From Candidatus Kerfeldbacteria bacterium (GTDB lineage: Bacteria; Patescibacteriota; Patescibacteriia; UBA9570; XYC2-FULL-38-9): 64,000 nucleotides of DNA. The notes under the pieces are model-generated. The model saw only the letters and a list, made by a program, of their open reading frames with translations, was not told where the DNA came from and searched no databases. Position 1 is the first letter of the stretch. The number at the start of each line of letters is the position of its first letter. Shown here one piece after another: positions 48,547 through 59,200 of this stretch. The position numbers and the translations under genes were made by a program. The stretch covers positions 48,040 to 112,039 of the forward strand of contig JACPGJ010000002.1 in NCBI GenBank assembly GCA_016182555.1, read 5' to 3'.

Positions 48547-50130
48547 ATGAAGGGTACACAGAAATTGATCACAGATCGGCGTGCACACTCTATACTCGTT
48601 GGTATTGTCTCGTTTGCCTGTCTATTCAATTTTATGCTTGGGTTTTTCCGTCTCGGTCAGCATGATTTTCGTGAAGATGAATTTCAAGTGGTGGATACGG
48701 CGGTGAATTATGTCCACAACGGAGAATGGTATAAATGGGACTGGGTGCAAGACCAATCAGGGAAATTCACTGATTGCATTACTCAAGATCCGCGGTGTCA
48801 TTATACGCGTGCGTGGCCACATACCTGGCTTGTTGCGCAGTCATTCCGCTTGTTTGGCATTTCCCCATGGGCCGCTCGGTTAGTCTCTGTGTTGTTTGGT
48901 GTATTGGCTACCGCAGTGGTCTTTTTTGTGGCGCGTTTTTTTACACACAATCGTTTGATTGCGGTGTTGAGTTCGTTCAGTTTTGCTCTTTCGCCGGAGC
49001 TATTGGCTCTGTTTCGCCTTACACGTATGTATGCGCTTTTACTGCCGTTGTTTTTGCTGGCGGCATATTTTTTATATCGTGGAATAACAGAGACGCAGCG
49101 TGTGAATACAGGTAGCCGACGCTTGAACACATTTTTTGAACGCTATCTGCATGTTCATTATGGTTATCTGGGGCTTGGTATTCTCTGTTTATTTTTGGCC
49201 ACACTCCTCCATGTGAACGCGCTTATTCTGTTGCCTGTGTTATTTGTCTATATGATCTATTTGGCGCTGATGTATCGTCACCCTACAGCTATCCTTTCTT
49301 GTGTGGTGGGTATAATTGGTATTACGCTCGCAACGTATTTTATTCGATACACAGATGTGCTTTTTTCTATAGAAGGATTTTTTGCACCGTTGACGTTGCG
49401 CCATTTTATTTATCTTCGCTTTATCGCGGGCTATCCGTTCCCCGTGTGGCTTGGAACCGTGGCATTGATTGGAACCATGTTTGGTTGCTGGATGATTCGT
49501 CGCCGGCAAGCACGGGATAAAATGGTGTATCTATCTACGCTGGTTGCTGTTGCACTATTCTTTTTTATTTTTGTTGCTGATCGCTATACAACATTTACCT
49601 ATATTTCCCATATTGTGCCGTTCGGTCTCATGCTCATACTCTACGGTATGGTGGTGTTTCCTTCCTTACTATTGAAAAGTTTCCCACGCGCCGTGCGTGT
49701 ATGGAAAATTGTTGTTACTGTGTTGGTGTTGAGTTTCTGCATAGCAGCAGTATATTCACACCGCGGAGTATTGTATGGAGAAGAATATGCGTATGGTCGT
49801 TTTTCTGAAGCATACCAAGTTATTGTTGAGGATTATCAACCAGAACAGGCCGTATTTGCTCAATATTTACGTGGAATATATGTAGACGGCTTACCAGCGA
49901 ATACGCATGTGGTGAATATGCTGAAAAATAAAGCCTATACCGAGCAACAATTTTTTGCGGATTTGCATGCCTATCCTTCTGGTTGGATAACGTGGGAAAC
50001 TCGAAAGGCATATCATTTGAGGCAATCGATCCGATTATATATTCGTCAGCATTTTCGCCATGTGCATGGGGTTGGGGTGGATAATACCCATGTTGAAGTG
50101 TATTATTTTGATCAATCGATGGTGAAATAA
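48547..50130 (+). CDS. GT-C fold membrane glycosyltransferase, paralogue of 46578
   Basis: EDEFQ, YTRAWPHTW, SPWAARL, RMYA. Confidence 0.82.
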   Translation: MKGTQKLITDRRAHSILVGIVSFACLFNFMLGFFRLGQHDFREDEFQVVDTAVNYVHNGEWYKWDWVQDQSGKFTDCITQDPRCHYTRAWPHTWLVAQSFRLFGISPWAARLVSVLFGVLATAVVFFVARFFTHNRLIAVLSSFSFALSPELLALFRLTRMYALLLPLFLLAAYFLYRGITETQRVNTGSRRLNTFFERYLHVHYGYLGLGILCLFLATLLHVNALILLPVLFVYMIYLALMYRHPTAILSCVVGIIGITLATYFIRYTDVLFSIEGFFAPLTLRHFIYLRFIAGYPFPVWLGTVALIGTMFGCWMIRRRQARDKMVYLSTLVAVALFFFIFVADRYTTFTYISHIVPFGLMLILYGMVVFPSLLLKSFPRAVRVWKIVVTVLVLSFCIAAVYSHRGVLYGEEYAYGRFSEAYQVIVEDYQPEQAVFAQYLRGIYVDGLPANTHVVNMLKNKAYTEQQFFADLHAYPSGWITWETRKAYHLRQSIRLYIRQHFRHVHGVGVDNTHVEVYYFDQSMVK

Positions 50131-50134
50131 TGGT

Positions 50135-51085
50135 ATGGTGAAACCCAATACATGGATATCATTTGTGCTGAAGTTGACGGGTACACTGCTGTTGTGCGCT
50201 GTGATTCTTGCGCGCATGGATCTGTCACAAGTTGGACACTTGCTTGTGAATGTGCAGCCTGAGCCGGTAGTCATCATGCTGGTGATTTGGTTTATGGCCT
50301 TGGTGGTCAGTGCACTCCGATGGCAGAGTGTGTTAACGGGCTATGGTCTACGGCAAACGTTGTGGCAAACAATTTCGCTCTATTGGATTGGATCCTTTTT
50401 CAATAATTTTTTGCCAACGAGTATTGGTGGCGATTCATATAAATTTCTCCATGTACGAAAAATATTTCCAGGGAAAGATGCGGCAATTCTTTCATCGCTC
50501 ATTGTTGAACGTGGGTGTGGTCTTATTGCTATTCTGGTATTTGCTGCGGCATTCGGTGGGTATTTTTTTGATGTCATAAAAAACAACGCTCCCTTTGCTT
50601 GGTGTTATGCCTTTGTTATTGCATCGATTATTGTTATTCCTATTGTGCTCTGGTTGATTCAACAACATCTCGTACACAAATCAGTTCGCAGTGGTTTGTT
50701 GCAAAAATTGATTACTGGCTTAGAAACATTTTTCTCTCTGCAGCATCATCGTTCTCTCGTACTATTTCGTGCACTAGGCTTATCTATTTTTTTTCTGATA
50801 TTGAATATTGTTGCTTATTGGTATGGTTTCCGGGCGATAGGGGAGCACATGCCGCTGTTGGTGTTATGTGCCATCGTTCCCTGTATTCAATTATCACGCA
50901 TGATACCGCTGACCCTCAATTCCATCGGTATTGCCGAAGGAGCTGGCATCTATTTTTTTTCTTTATTTGGTGTCAGTTACGAAGTGGCGTTATCTGTGTT
51001 ATTACTCAATCGCGTTGTTGGCCTCTTTGCTACGTTCACCGGTGGCTTCCGCTACCTAAGCTGGAATGCTAAAAAGACCACCTGA
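50135..51085 (+). CDS. Lysylphosphatidylglycerol synthase TM / UPF0104 flippase-like protein
   Basis: ALRW, FFNNFLPTSIGGD, VER, PLTLNSIGIAE. Confidence 0.85.
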   Translation: MVKPNTWISFVLKLTGTLLLCAVILARMDLSQVGHLLVNVQPEPVVIMLVIWFMALVVSALRWQSVLTGYGLRQTLWQTISLYWIGSFFNNFLPTSIGGDSYKFLHVRKIFPGKDAAILSSLIVERGCGLIAILVFAAAFGGYFFDVIKNNAPFAWCYAFVIASIIVIPIVLWLIQQHLVHKSVRSGLLQKLITGLETFFSLQHHRSLVLFRALGLSIFFLILNIVAYWYGFRAIGEHMPLLVLCAIVPCIQLSRMIPLTLNSIGIAEGAGIYFFSLFGVSYEVALSVLLLNRVVGLFATFTGGFRYLSWNAKKTT

Positions 51086-51149
51086 TTATTTGACAAAAGT
51101 GGTAATTTTTAGTTGAATTCAAGCTGTATTTTATGATGATTGACCTTCA

Positions 51150-52337
51150 ATGAAGATCCTTTTTATTGCGCCGACGCCATTTTTTGCAGATCGGGGTACC
51201 CATATTCGCATATTTGAAGAAGCTCGCGCACTGGAAAAACGCCAGCATCACATTATCATTGCGACATACCATGTTGGACGAAATATTGCCCAAGAAGTGG
51301 GAAGCACGATTGATATTCGTCGTATCAATCGGTGGCTCTTTTGGTATAAAAAATTAGAAGCCGGACCGGATTGGCAAAAAATTATTTTAGATCTTTTTTT
51401 GTTGCGAAAAGTCTTGTGGCTGACGTGGCGTCAGCGGCCAGATGTTATTCATGGTCACTTGCATGAAGGCGTACTGCTGGGGTGGCTCACACAGAAAGTA
51501 TTTTTTTGGCGCCATATTCCTTTGGTTGCTGATTTTCATGGAAGTCTTACTGGTGAAATGGTTTCTCACCAGTATCTGCGTATTGGATTCATGCAAAAAA
51601 TATTTCAATACATCGAACGCAAGATTGACAATTTGGGCGATGCCGCGGTTGCCAGTTCTGTTGAAAATAAACAGATCATTGATGCAATGCGCAAAAAAAA
51701 TGCGGTGCATGTGGTTCTCGATGGTGTGCACGTAGATGAAAAAAAGTCACCGCAAGAAATTGTACAAACAAAAATGGCACTTCAACTTCCCCTTACTCAA
51801 CCCATTGTCGTTTATGCAGGCGCGTTGCTACCGAACAAGGGTATCCACTATTTATTGGAAGCTATTCCTCTTGTGCTTGCTAAAAAACCGGAAACCTATT
51901 TTGTTATCGCGGGTTCTCCAAAAGAATTAATTGTACATGCGATTGCCTCATACCAGCTTGCTCATTCGGTAAAGCTCATTTCACCAATCACGCATATTAA
52001 TGTGCCCGCCGTGCTTTCGGTTGCGGATATTGCGGTTGATCCTAAGGATTCTCAAACTAATCAAGCGAGTGGAAAGATATTGCAGTACATGGGTGCTGGG
52101 TTACCCGTTGTCTGTTTTGATCGCACGAATAACCGCTCATATCTTGGTTCAGCAGCACATTACGCCACGCCGATGAGCGCACAAGGAATTGCCGATGCTC
52201 TGTTGTATTACCTAGACCACCCGCAAGAACGAATAGCACACGCAGCGGCAAATCGTGAACGAGCTGTGGCATTCAGTTGGGATGTTGCTGGAAAACAGTT
52301 AGAAGAGCTTTATAGACATCTATGCCAGAGCAGGTAA
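51150..52337 (+). CDS. Glycosyltransferase family 4
   Basis: PTPFFADRG, NKGI, SGKILQYMGAGLPVV. Confidence 0.88.
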   Translation: MKILFIAPTPFFADRGTHIRIFEEARALEKRQHHIIIATYHVGRNIAQEVGSTIDIRRINRWLFWYKKLEAGPDWQKIILDLFLLRKVLWLTWRQRPDVIHGHLHEGVLLGWLTQKVFFWRHIPLVADFHGSLTGEMVSHQYLRIGFMQKIFQYIERKIDNLGDAAVASSVENKQIIDAMRKKNAVHVVLDGVHVDEKKSPQEIVQTKMALQLPLTQPIVVYAGALLPNKGIHYLLEAIPLVLAKKPETYFVIAGSPKELIVHAIASYQLAHSVKLISPITHINVPAVLSVADIAVDPKDSQTNQASGKILQYMGAGLPVVCFDRTNNRSYLGSAAHYATPMSAQGIADALLYYLDHPQERIAHAAANRERAVAFSWDVAGKQLEELYRHLCQSR

Positions 52338-53374
52338 ACACCATCGCTATTATTGTGTTGAATTGGAATGGCAAATCACTAGTAGAGCACTGTTTGCCAT
52401 CGGTGCTTGGACAAACATACAAACACATACGTCTATTGTTTGTCGATAATGGTTCCACAGACGGTTCGGTGGAATATGTGCGCGAACATTTTTCGGCGGT
52501 AGAAATTATTGCACTCGACCATAATACTGGTTTTGCCTACGCCAACAATGTCGCGATCGCGCAAGCTTTGAAGGATTCGTCTGTGAGCGCTGTGGTCACA
52601 TTGAATAACGACACAGAACTTGCTCCAACTTGTATTGAAGAGTTATTCGCAGCCACTCAGCGTCACCCTGAAGCCGGTGCTGTGCAAGGCAAGGTTCGTA
52701 ATTTTTATAAACGCCAACAAATAGATAGTGCCGGTATTTTAATTTACCCAGACATGAGCGCCATCAACCGTGGGCAGAAAGAACAAGACCATGGCCAATT
52801 CGACACCGAAGAAGAAGTATTTGGTGTCAGCGCTAGCGCGGCGTTGTATACCCGCGCCGCACTCGAAGCGACCAAACTCTCTACTGATGAATTTTTTGAT
52901 AACAGTTATTTTGCCTATTATGAAGATGTCGACCTTGCTTGGCGCATTCGTTTAGCTGGATTGAGCGCGTATTTGGCACCCAAAGCGTTGGTCTACCATG
53001 TGCATAGTGCAACAGCCGTAAGCCACTCGCCATTCAAAGCATTTCACATTCACCGCAATCAATACTATAATATCATCAAAGATCTACCACTGAGGTTTCT
53101 GTTGCTGGCATTGCTCCGAATGCCAGTGCGGTATTTCTTGCTTCTTTCCAGTGTGTTTCGCAAACGTGGTGCATCCGCAGAACTAAAAAAGAAAACGAGC
53201 GGTGGGGGAATAGTGAAATTAGTGCTTGGCTCATGGAAAGATATTATTATTCACTTTCCATCATTACTTCGCAAACGATGGCAGATTCAACAGCAGCGCC
53301 GAGTACCTGTGCGCCAAGTCGGCCACTGGTTCCGCGATTACCGAGCAGATATCAATAAAATTATTTATGGCTAA
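52322..53374 (+). CDS. Glycosyltransferase family 2
   Basis: VLNWNG, VDNGSTDGS, NTGFA, LNND, YYEDVDL. Confidence 0.92.
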   Translation: MPEQVNTIAIIVLNWNGKSLVEHCLPSVLGQTYKHIRLLFVDNGSTDGSVEYVREHFSAVEIIALDHNTGFAYANNVAIAQALKDSSVSAVVTLNNDTELAPTCIEELFAATQRHPEAGAVQGKVRNFYKRQQIDSAGILIYPDMSAINRGQKEQDHGQFDTEEEVFGVSASAALYTRAALEATKLSTDEFFDNSYFAYYEDVDLAWRIRLAGLSAYLAPKALVYHVHSATAVSHSPFKAFHIHRNQYYNIIKDLPLRFLLLALLRMPVRYFLLLSSVFRKRGASAELKKKTSGGGIVKLVLGSWKDIIIHFPSLLRKRWQIQQQRRVPVRQVGHWFRDYRADINKIIYG

Positions 53375-54146
53375 ACAACACGAAAATTACCGCGAATTGA
53401 TTTGGCGCCTCGCAAAAACTGATTTTACTTTGCGTTATCATGGGTCGGTGTTGGGGTATGTATGGGCTATTCTCAAGCCATTATTTATTTTCACTATTTT
53501 GAATTTTGTTTTTTCTTCTATTTTTAATCCGCGTGGGCAGGGCAATGAATATTATTCGTTGGAATTGATTGTGGCCATCATGGTGTTTAATTTTTTTGCA
53601 GAAGGGACCACGGCGGGAATGAATGCTTTGCTTTCGAAATCAGAACTGGTGAAGAAAATTTATGTTCCACGATGGACCATTATTGTTGCTGCTACGGTAA
53701 ATTCTGCATTGGTTTTTTTAATGAACTTAGGGGTGGTTATTATTTTTTTCGGTGTGAAAGAGTTTGTCCCGAGTATCGCCGGTGTAGCGGTTTTTTTGCT
53801 CTACATTTGTTTGCTGTATATTATTATTGTTACTTTTGGCTTGTTTACCGCACCGCTCTATGTGTATTTCCGCGACCTCATGCTCATTTGGGAAGTGTTA
53901 TTAACAGCACTGTTTTATGCAACTCCCGTATTCTATTCACTCACGATGATGCCTGATTATATTCAACGTGTCTTGTTGCTGAGCCCGATTGCTTTTATTA
54001 TTCATTTCACCAAAGAATCATTAATTCACCACCATTTTGCCGATGTTTGGCAAAATCTCGGTTTCATGGCATTGGTTGCCGTAGCATTTGGGTTGAGTAC
54101 CGTTTTTTACCGCAAGGTATCACCAAGTATTGCTGAAAAGTTATAG
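53367..54146 (+). CDS. wzm: ABC-2 polysaccharide export permease
   Basis: RYHGSVLGYVW...P, LVKKIYVP, YFRD, FYATPVFY. Confidence 0.88.
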   Translation: MAKQHENYRELIWRLAKTDFTLRYHGSVLGYVWAILKPLFIFTILNFVFSSIFNPRGQGNEYYSLELIVAIMVFNFFAEGTTAGMNALLSKSELVKKIYVPRWTIIVAATVNSALVFLMNLGVVIIFFGVKEFVPSIAGVAVFLLYICLLYIIIVTFGLFTAPLYVYFRDLMLIWEVLLTALFYATPVFYSLTMMPDYIQRVLLLSPIAFIIHFTKESLIHHHFADVWQNLGFMALVAVAFGLSTVFYRKVSPSIAEKL

Positions 54147-54183
54147 GTCGATACGTTCCACACGGGTCCTTGTGTGCTTGCGC

Positions 54184-54212
54184 TTGACTATTTTTTCTTA
54201 TCCTGGTAGATT
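54184..54212 (+). promoter_or_regulatory. Promoter of rpsF-ssb-rpsR-efp
   Basis: TTGACT-N17-TAGATT with extended -10 TG. Confidence 0.65.
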
Positions 54213-54347
54213 CCAAGGTACTATAAATCGACTGTTGTTTCCTCGTGCATCTATACATATAGTTGCATTTGTCCATGTTCACTTGCTTGCGCGCTGTAAA
54301 AAGCGAGAAGCGTTTGGGTGAATGAAACAGCACCAATAACCATTATT

Positions 54348-54992
54348 ATGGAACAAGAACAGATGAGTCAAAGTGTAGAAGAGATTTTTGAATTTCTTCC
54401 TAAAGAAGAACACCAAGAGCATTACGAATTATTGCTCTTAGTGGCTGGCAGCCAAACAGAGGAAGAGGTCGCCAGTATTGTGCTCTCCGTGAAAGATCAA
54501 GTAGTCACATTCGGTGGGCAGATTACTCGTGAAGAAAATTTAGGCCGCCGAAATTTAGCCTATACGGTTGCAGGCACACAGAGTGGTGTGTATTCGCTGA
54601 TGGAATTTGATTTAGTCACCCTGCGGTTGCCAGAACTGAATGAAAAGTTGCGTATTCGTAAAGATATTACGCGTTTCTTGATTATCAAAAAACGTGTGAA
54701 AAGCGAAGCTGAGTTGGCAGAAGAAGAGCGCGTTCGGCAAAAAATTGACACTCGTAAAAAAGCCAAAATGCAGAAAGATATTTCGGCATTAGAAGATGAG
54801 GCAACAGCGGAACGTAAACCGGCAGCAGTTCGGAAAGAAACACCGGCTGTGACAACGAGCACTTCTCTTCCAACGCCGGAAGCAACTGAAGAGGTGAAAC
54901 CAGCGAAATCAACCAAGAAAAAAGAAGCGAGTACATTAGAAAACATTGACCAAGAGATTGAAAAACTCTTGAGCGATGATATTGATGTTTAA
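54348..54992 (+). CDS. rpsF: 30S ribosomal protein S6 with N- and C-terminal extensions
   Basis: YELLLL...GRRNLAY...ITRFLI; synteny with ssb and rpsR. Confidence 0.9.
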   Translation: MEQEQMSQSVEEIFEFLPKEEHQEHYELLLLVAGSQTEEEVASIVLSVKDQVVTFGGQITREENLGRRNLAYTVAGTQSGVYSLMEFDLVTLRLPELNEKLRIRKDITRFLIIKKRVKSEAELAEEERVRQKIDTRKKAKMQKDISALEDEATAERKPAAVRKETPAVTTSTSLPTPEATEEVKPAKSTKKKEASTLENIDQEIEKLLSDDIDV

Positions 54993-55003
54993 TACAAAAT
55001 TAT

Positions 55004-55447
55004 ATGGACCTCAATAAAGTCATGTTAATTGGTCGCCTTACACGCGACCCAGAAATGCGCACGATTCCTTCTGGCGAAAATGTGGCAACATTTTCTATCG
55101 CCACTGGCCGCCAATGGACGGATAAATCGAGTGGTGAAAAAAAATCGGTTACTGAATTTCATAATGTGGTAGCGTGGCGTCGTTTAGCAGATATTTGTGG
55201 GCAGTATTTAAAGAAGGGTCGACAGGTATATATAGAAGGTCGTTTGCAAACGCGTTCATGGGATGACCCGAGCGGCAACAAACGTTACCGTACAGAGATT
55301 GTAGCCGAGAATTTGATCATGCTTGGCAGTAAAGATGGTGGTGGTTCCACTGCGTCACCAGCAATGGATACAAGCATGCCACAAACGCCTCCACCACCAG
55401 CAGGAAATGATGAAGAAACGATCTCCATCGAAGACATTCCTTTTTAA
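55004..55447 (+). CDS. ssb: Single-stranded DNA-binding protein
   Basis: [24 protein letters not shown]-terminal DIPF. Confidence 0.97.
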   Translation: MDLNKVMLIGRLTRDPEMRTIPSGENVATFSIATGRQWTDKSSGEKKSVTEFHNVVAWRRLADICGQYLKKGRQVYIEGRLQTRSWDDPSGNKRYRTEIVAENLIMLGSKDGGGSTASPAMDTSMPQTPPPPAGNDEETISIEDIPF

Positions 55448-55475
55448 TCAATGAGCGAAACTGAGAATTATCTAT

Positions 55476-55724
55476 ATGCCAAAACCAACGGCGAAGAAAA
55501 AACAATCACGCACACGAAAACACTATTGTTATTTTTGTGTCAATAACATTTCGGATATTGATTATATCAATACCACAATCTTGCAGAAGTTTACTTCGAA
55601 TTATCAGAAAATTTTACCACGATCTCGCATGGGTTCGTGCGCAAAACACCAACGTCAATTAGGCCAAGCGGTAAAACGAGCACGGTTTATGGCACTTATT
55701 CCATACGTGAACGAACAACGATAA
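55476..55724 (+). CDS. rpsR: 30S ribosomal protein S18 (Zn-binding form)
   Basis: CYFC, IDY, CAKHQR, KRARFMALIPY. Confidence 0.95.
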   Translation: MPKPTAKKKQSRTRKHYCYFCVNNISDIDYINTTILQKFTSNYQKILPRSRMGSCAKHQRQLGQAVKRARFMALIPYVNEQR

Positions 55725-55736
55725 ACACCACTGCGT

Positions 55737-56294
55737 ATGTATAGCATGTCTGATTTAAAAGTTGGTACAACGATCACTCACGAAGGCGCACCGTATCAAA
55801 TTATTCGAGCCGAGCATTCAAAGCAAGCACGCAGCGCTGCGGTATTACGCACCAAAATGCGTCATGTGATTACGGGTCAAGTATTGGAAAAAACATTTCA
55901 ATCTGGAGATACGCTGCAACCTGCAGATTTAGAACGCGCGAAAGCGAACTATTTATATAAAGATGATGAAGGGCTCACCTTCATGAATAATCAAACGTTT
56001 GATCAATTTTTGTTGCCACACAGCGCTGTGGGTGAAGTTGCCAATTACGTAAAAGAAGGGGAAGATGTCGATGTGTTGTATTTTGAAGGCAAGCCGGTGA
56101 GTGTTGCTGTCCCCGCAAAAGTGACATTAACTGTTGTTGAATCACCGCCAGGTGTGAAAGGCGATTCTGCTTCTAATGTAACCAAAAAAGTTAAACTGGA
56201 AACGGGGCATGAGGTGTCTGTTCCATTATTTGTCAATCAAGGCGATAAAATTCGTATCAATACCTCCACGGGTGAGTACGTAGAACGAGCTTAG
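55737..56294 (+). CDS. efp: Elongation factor P
   Basis: PGVKGDSA, LETG...VPLFV..GD.I.I.T..GEY.ERA. Confidence 0.96.
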   Translation: MYSMSDLKVGTTITHEGAPYQIIRAEHSKQARSAAVLRTKMRHVITGQVLEKTFQSGDTLQPADLERAKANYLYKDDEGLTFMNNQTFDQFLLPHSAVGEVANYVKEGEDVDVLYFEGKPVSVAVPAKVTLTVVESPPGVKGDSASNVTKKVKLETGHEVSVPLFVNQGDKIRINTSTGEYVERA

Positions 56295-56298
56295 TGCA

Positions 56299-59200
56299 CT
56301 ATTCAACTTGATTCGTTTCTTTTGTGGCATTAAGTGTGACTCGTGTGAGGTAATCCAGCACGCCAGTTTGTTGTAAGCCATGATTCAGTTGGAAACGTAG
56401 GAGTGCATGTTCGGTGGTTTCATCAAATACCTGGTCAGCTTCACGTTTTAAGAGATACAAACCGTGTAATCGTTTTTCCAAATAGAGTACGGCAGCATTC
56501 GAAATTCCCTGAGAGAGTTCTTCGGTAAACCCGAAACGAACACGAATTTTTTTATGAAGTGACCCACGCAAACCCGAAGGATTTTTTACATGAACGCGAT
56601 ATCGCTGTGGGGTGAATCCAGCCGGGATAGTGACTGTCATTTGATATGGATTCATAAACACCACGTTATCCATTCGTTTTTTGCCAAAGAATACACGGGA
56701 GCGTGGTTTAAAATTTTGTCCATTCATTTGGACGGTCCGATCAATATTATTTGATATCGATTGTACCGAAAGATTAGAGATGATTGGTCCGCCTTTTTGA
56801 ATATGTACTTTTTTTGCTGCCGTGAGTGTCGTGCCATCAGGCATCACCAACGAAAATGTGTACCGTCCGGTGGGTAAACCAGCAGGAACCGTGGCGGTGA
56901 TATGTTCGCGGTCGACAACAGTGACGGTGGAGAGTTCCATACCATTCAGGTACGCATGGGTTGTGCCGGTGAGTAAGAAATTTGTGCCACGTACCCGTAC
57001 GGTTTCATCTGTATTATTATTCACAAACCGATTTTTGACTTTCGTAATATGCGCACCATTTCCCAACAACCAAGTTGTGAGTGTATCGAGAACACTTGCT
57101 TTCGTTGTGTCACCGTCATCATTGATAGATTCAATACCGAAGGTGAGATAGACCAACCGGTAGGTGCTATTGTCTACACGTAAGCCCGCAATTTTTTCTG
57201 TGCTGTTCCCATTGGTGTAGGCAAATAGTGTATCTACACTATCATCAGCATTGATAGCAATTTCTTCTGCAGAAAAATTTGTATGTGCACTATCACCATT
57301 CAAATCGAAGTAATTGGTATTGAGCGTTACCCCATCAAAAGCACCACCGGTTGTGCCGAGCACGGTTTCCGGGTGGAAGAGAGTAGAGATGTACCGCGCA
57401 TGCGCATAGTTCCAAAGAAAGTCACTGGGCGTTTCCCATGTTTCAGCGGAAGCGAGTGATTCAGAAGAGAGCAAGAGGTTTCCGCCTTGATCCAAGTAGG
57501 ATTGCAGTACGCTGCTATCAGCTTCATTGAAGGCCGTGTCTAGCCAGATGACGGCAGGAAACAGGAGCAAGTCGGTATCTAGGGGTTCATATAATTGTGC
57601 AGAATTCCAAAGCATAACGGAGTACCCAAGGCTGGTGAGTGTATCCGCCACCGTATGCCCGGCCGTGCTGCAGGTGGAAACGCCGCCAGCACTCCATCCA
57701 TAGATGGTGGTGTCTCCGCAATATGAATTATCGACCACAAGAATGGTGGGTAATTCGCCGATCCAAAAATTTGTTGAACGTGTTGCGGTTTCTTCGCTAT
57801 CGATATCAGTGATAGTCACGTTCAGGGTATATTCACCGTTTGCCGCATCGGTCGGAATAGTGAGTGGAGCGGAATTGATTTGTTGTTGCATTCCACTATA
57901 CCAGTCAGTAGACAGATCAATTGTTTCAGTGGTACCGGTGAGTGCATCAATACTTGTTCCGCTGGGATCAGTTACCGTATAGGATATTTGTACATGGTGA
58001 TTTTCCCCATCGACCGTTGTTGCCTCTGCCCAAATGGTTATTTCATCGCCAGCCGCAAACAGATTATTAGATAGGCTGGTATTTTGCTGCATAAATGCAT
58101 TGATATCATCGGGGCCTGGATAAGATTGAGTGTGCATATCACTGAAATCTGTACCAGCTTCGTCATTGTTTTCGCCATAGTGATTCACGCCAATATTGTC
58201 TGGGGTAACGGTGTCTGGAAGAACAGCTATTGCTATCGTATTTCCCGTTGTGCTCGTTGGTGTTGCGGTAATTGTTGCCAGTCCTTCCGTGTCATCAGCA
58301 GTAAACGTGACGCTTGTGGTGCCATCTACACCCGTGGTTGAGTTACTGGCGGACAACGTACCAGTACTTGTCGACCATGTCACGTTATCACCGTTGACGG
58401 CATTGCCGCTGCTATCACGAACAGAAACGGTGACGATGATATCATCAGAACCATCTGCCAGGATAAACCCACCATCTGCATAGAGATAGGAAGAGGCATT
58501 AAGTGTACCGGTCGCTGCCAGTGCATTGACCGACCCGTACCCAGATACATAATCTGATCCGGTCATATTGCCGAAATCATCGGCGGTGGTTTCTAACACT
58601 TGGCGTATCGCTGCCGCTGTCGTAAGTGCGTGGGTTTGTGCGACTAATGCAGCAACACCCGCCACAAACGGCGATGCCATACTGGTTCCGGAATAGGAAG
58701 TGTAGGTATCGCCAGGAGTTGTAGAAAGAATATCATCGCCCGGTGCCATGATATCGACTTTCCCCCAATTGGAGAAATAGGCTTTTTCTCCATCTTCAGT
58801 GAGTGCGCCAACAGAAACAACACCAGCATAATTGGCTGGGTATGATGGGAGCGTAAAACTATTTTCATTTCCTGCTGCAGCAACCACTAATACGCCTGCC
58901 GCAACGGCGTAATCTACAGCTTCTTTTAAGGTATTCGAAGCTAAGCTACTCCCAAGGCTTAAGTTGATAATATCTGCGCCATTGTCTACCGCGTAGCGAA
59001 TACCATCAGCGATGTTGCTGTCATAGCCATAGCCTTCGGAATCTAATACTTTCACCGCCATCACTGCCGCCGACGGTGCAACCCCGCGCACACCAATACT
59101 ATTATCTTCTGCAGCGATAATGCCGGCGACATGTGTTCCATGTCCGAATTCATCTTGCGGCTCACTATCTGGTGCCACACTCGTATACAGGCTGCCAATA

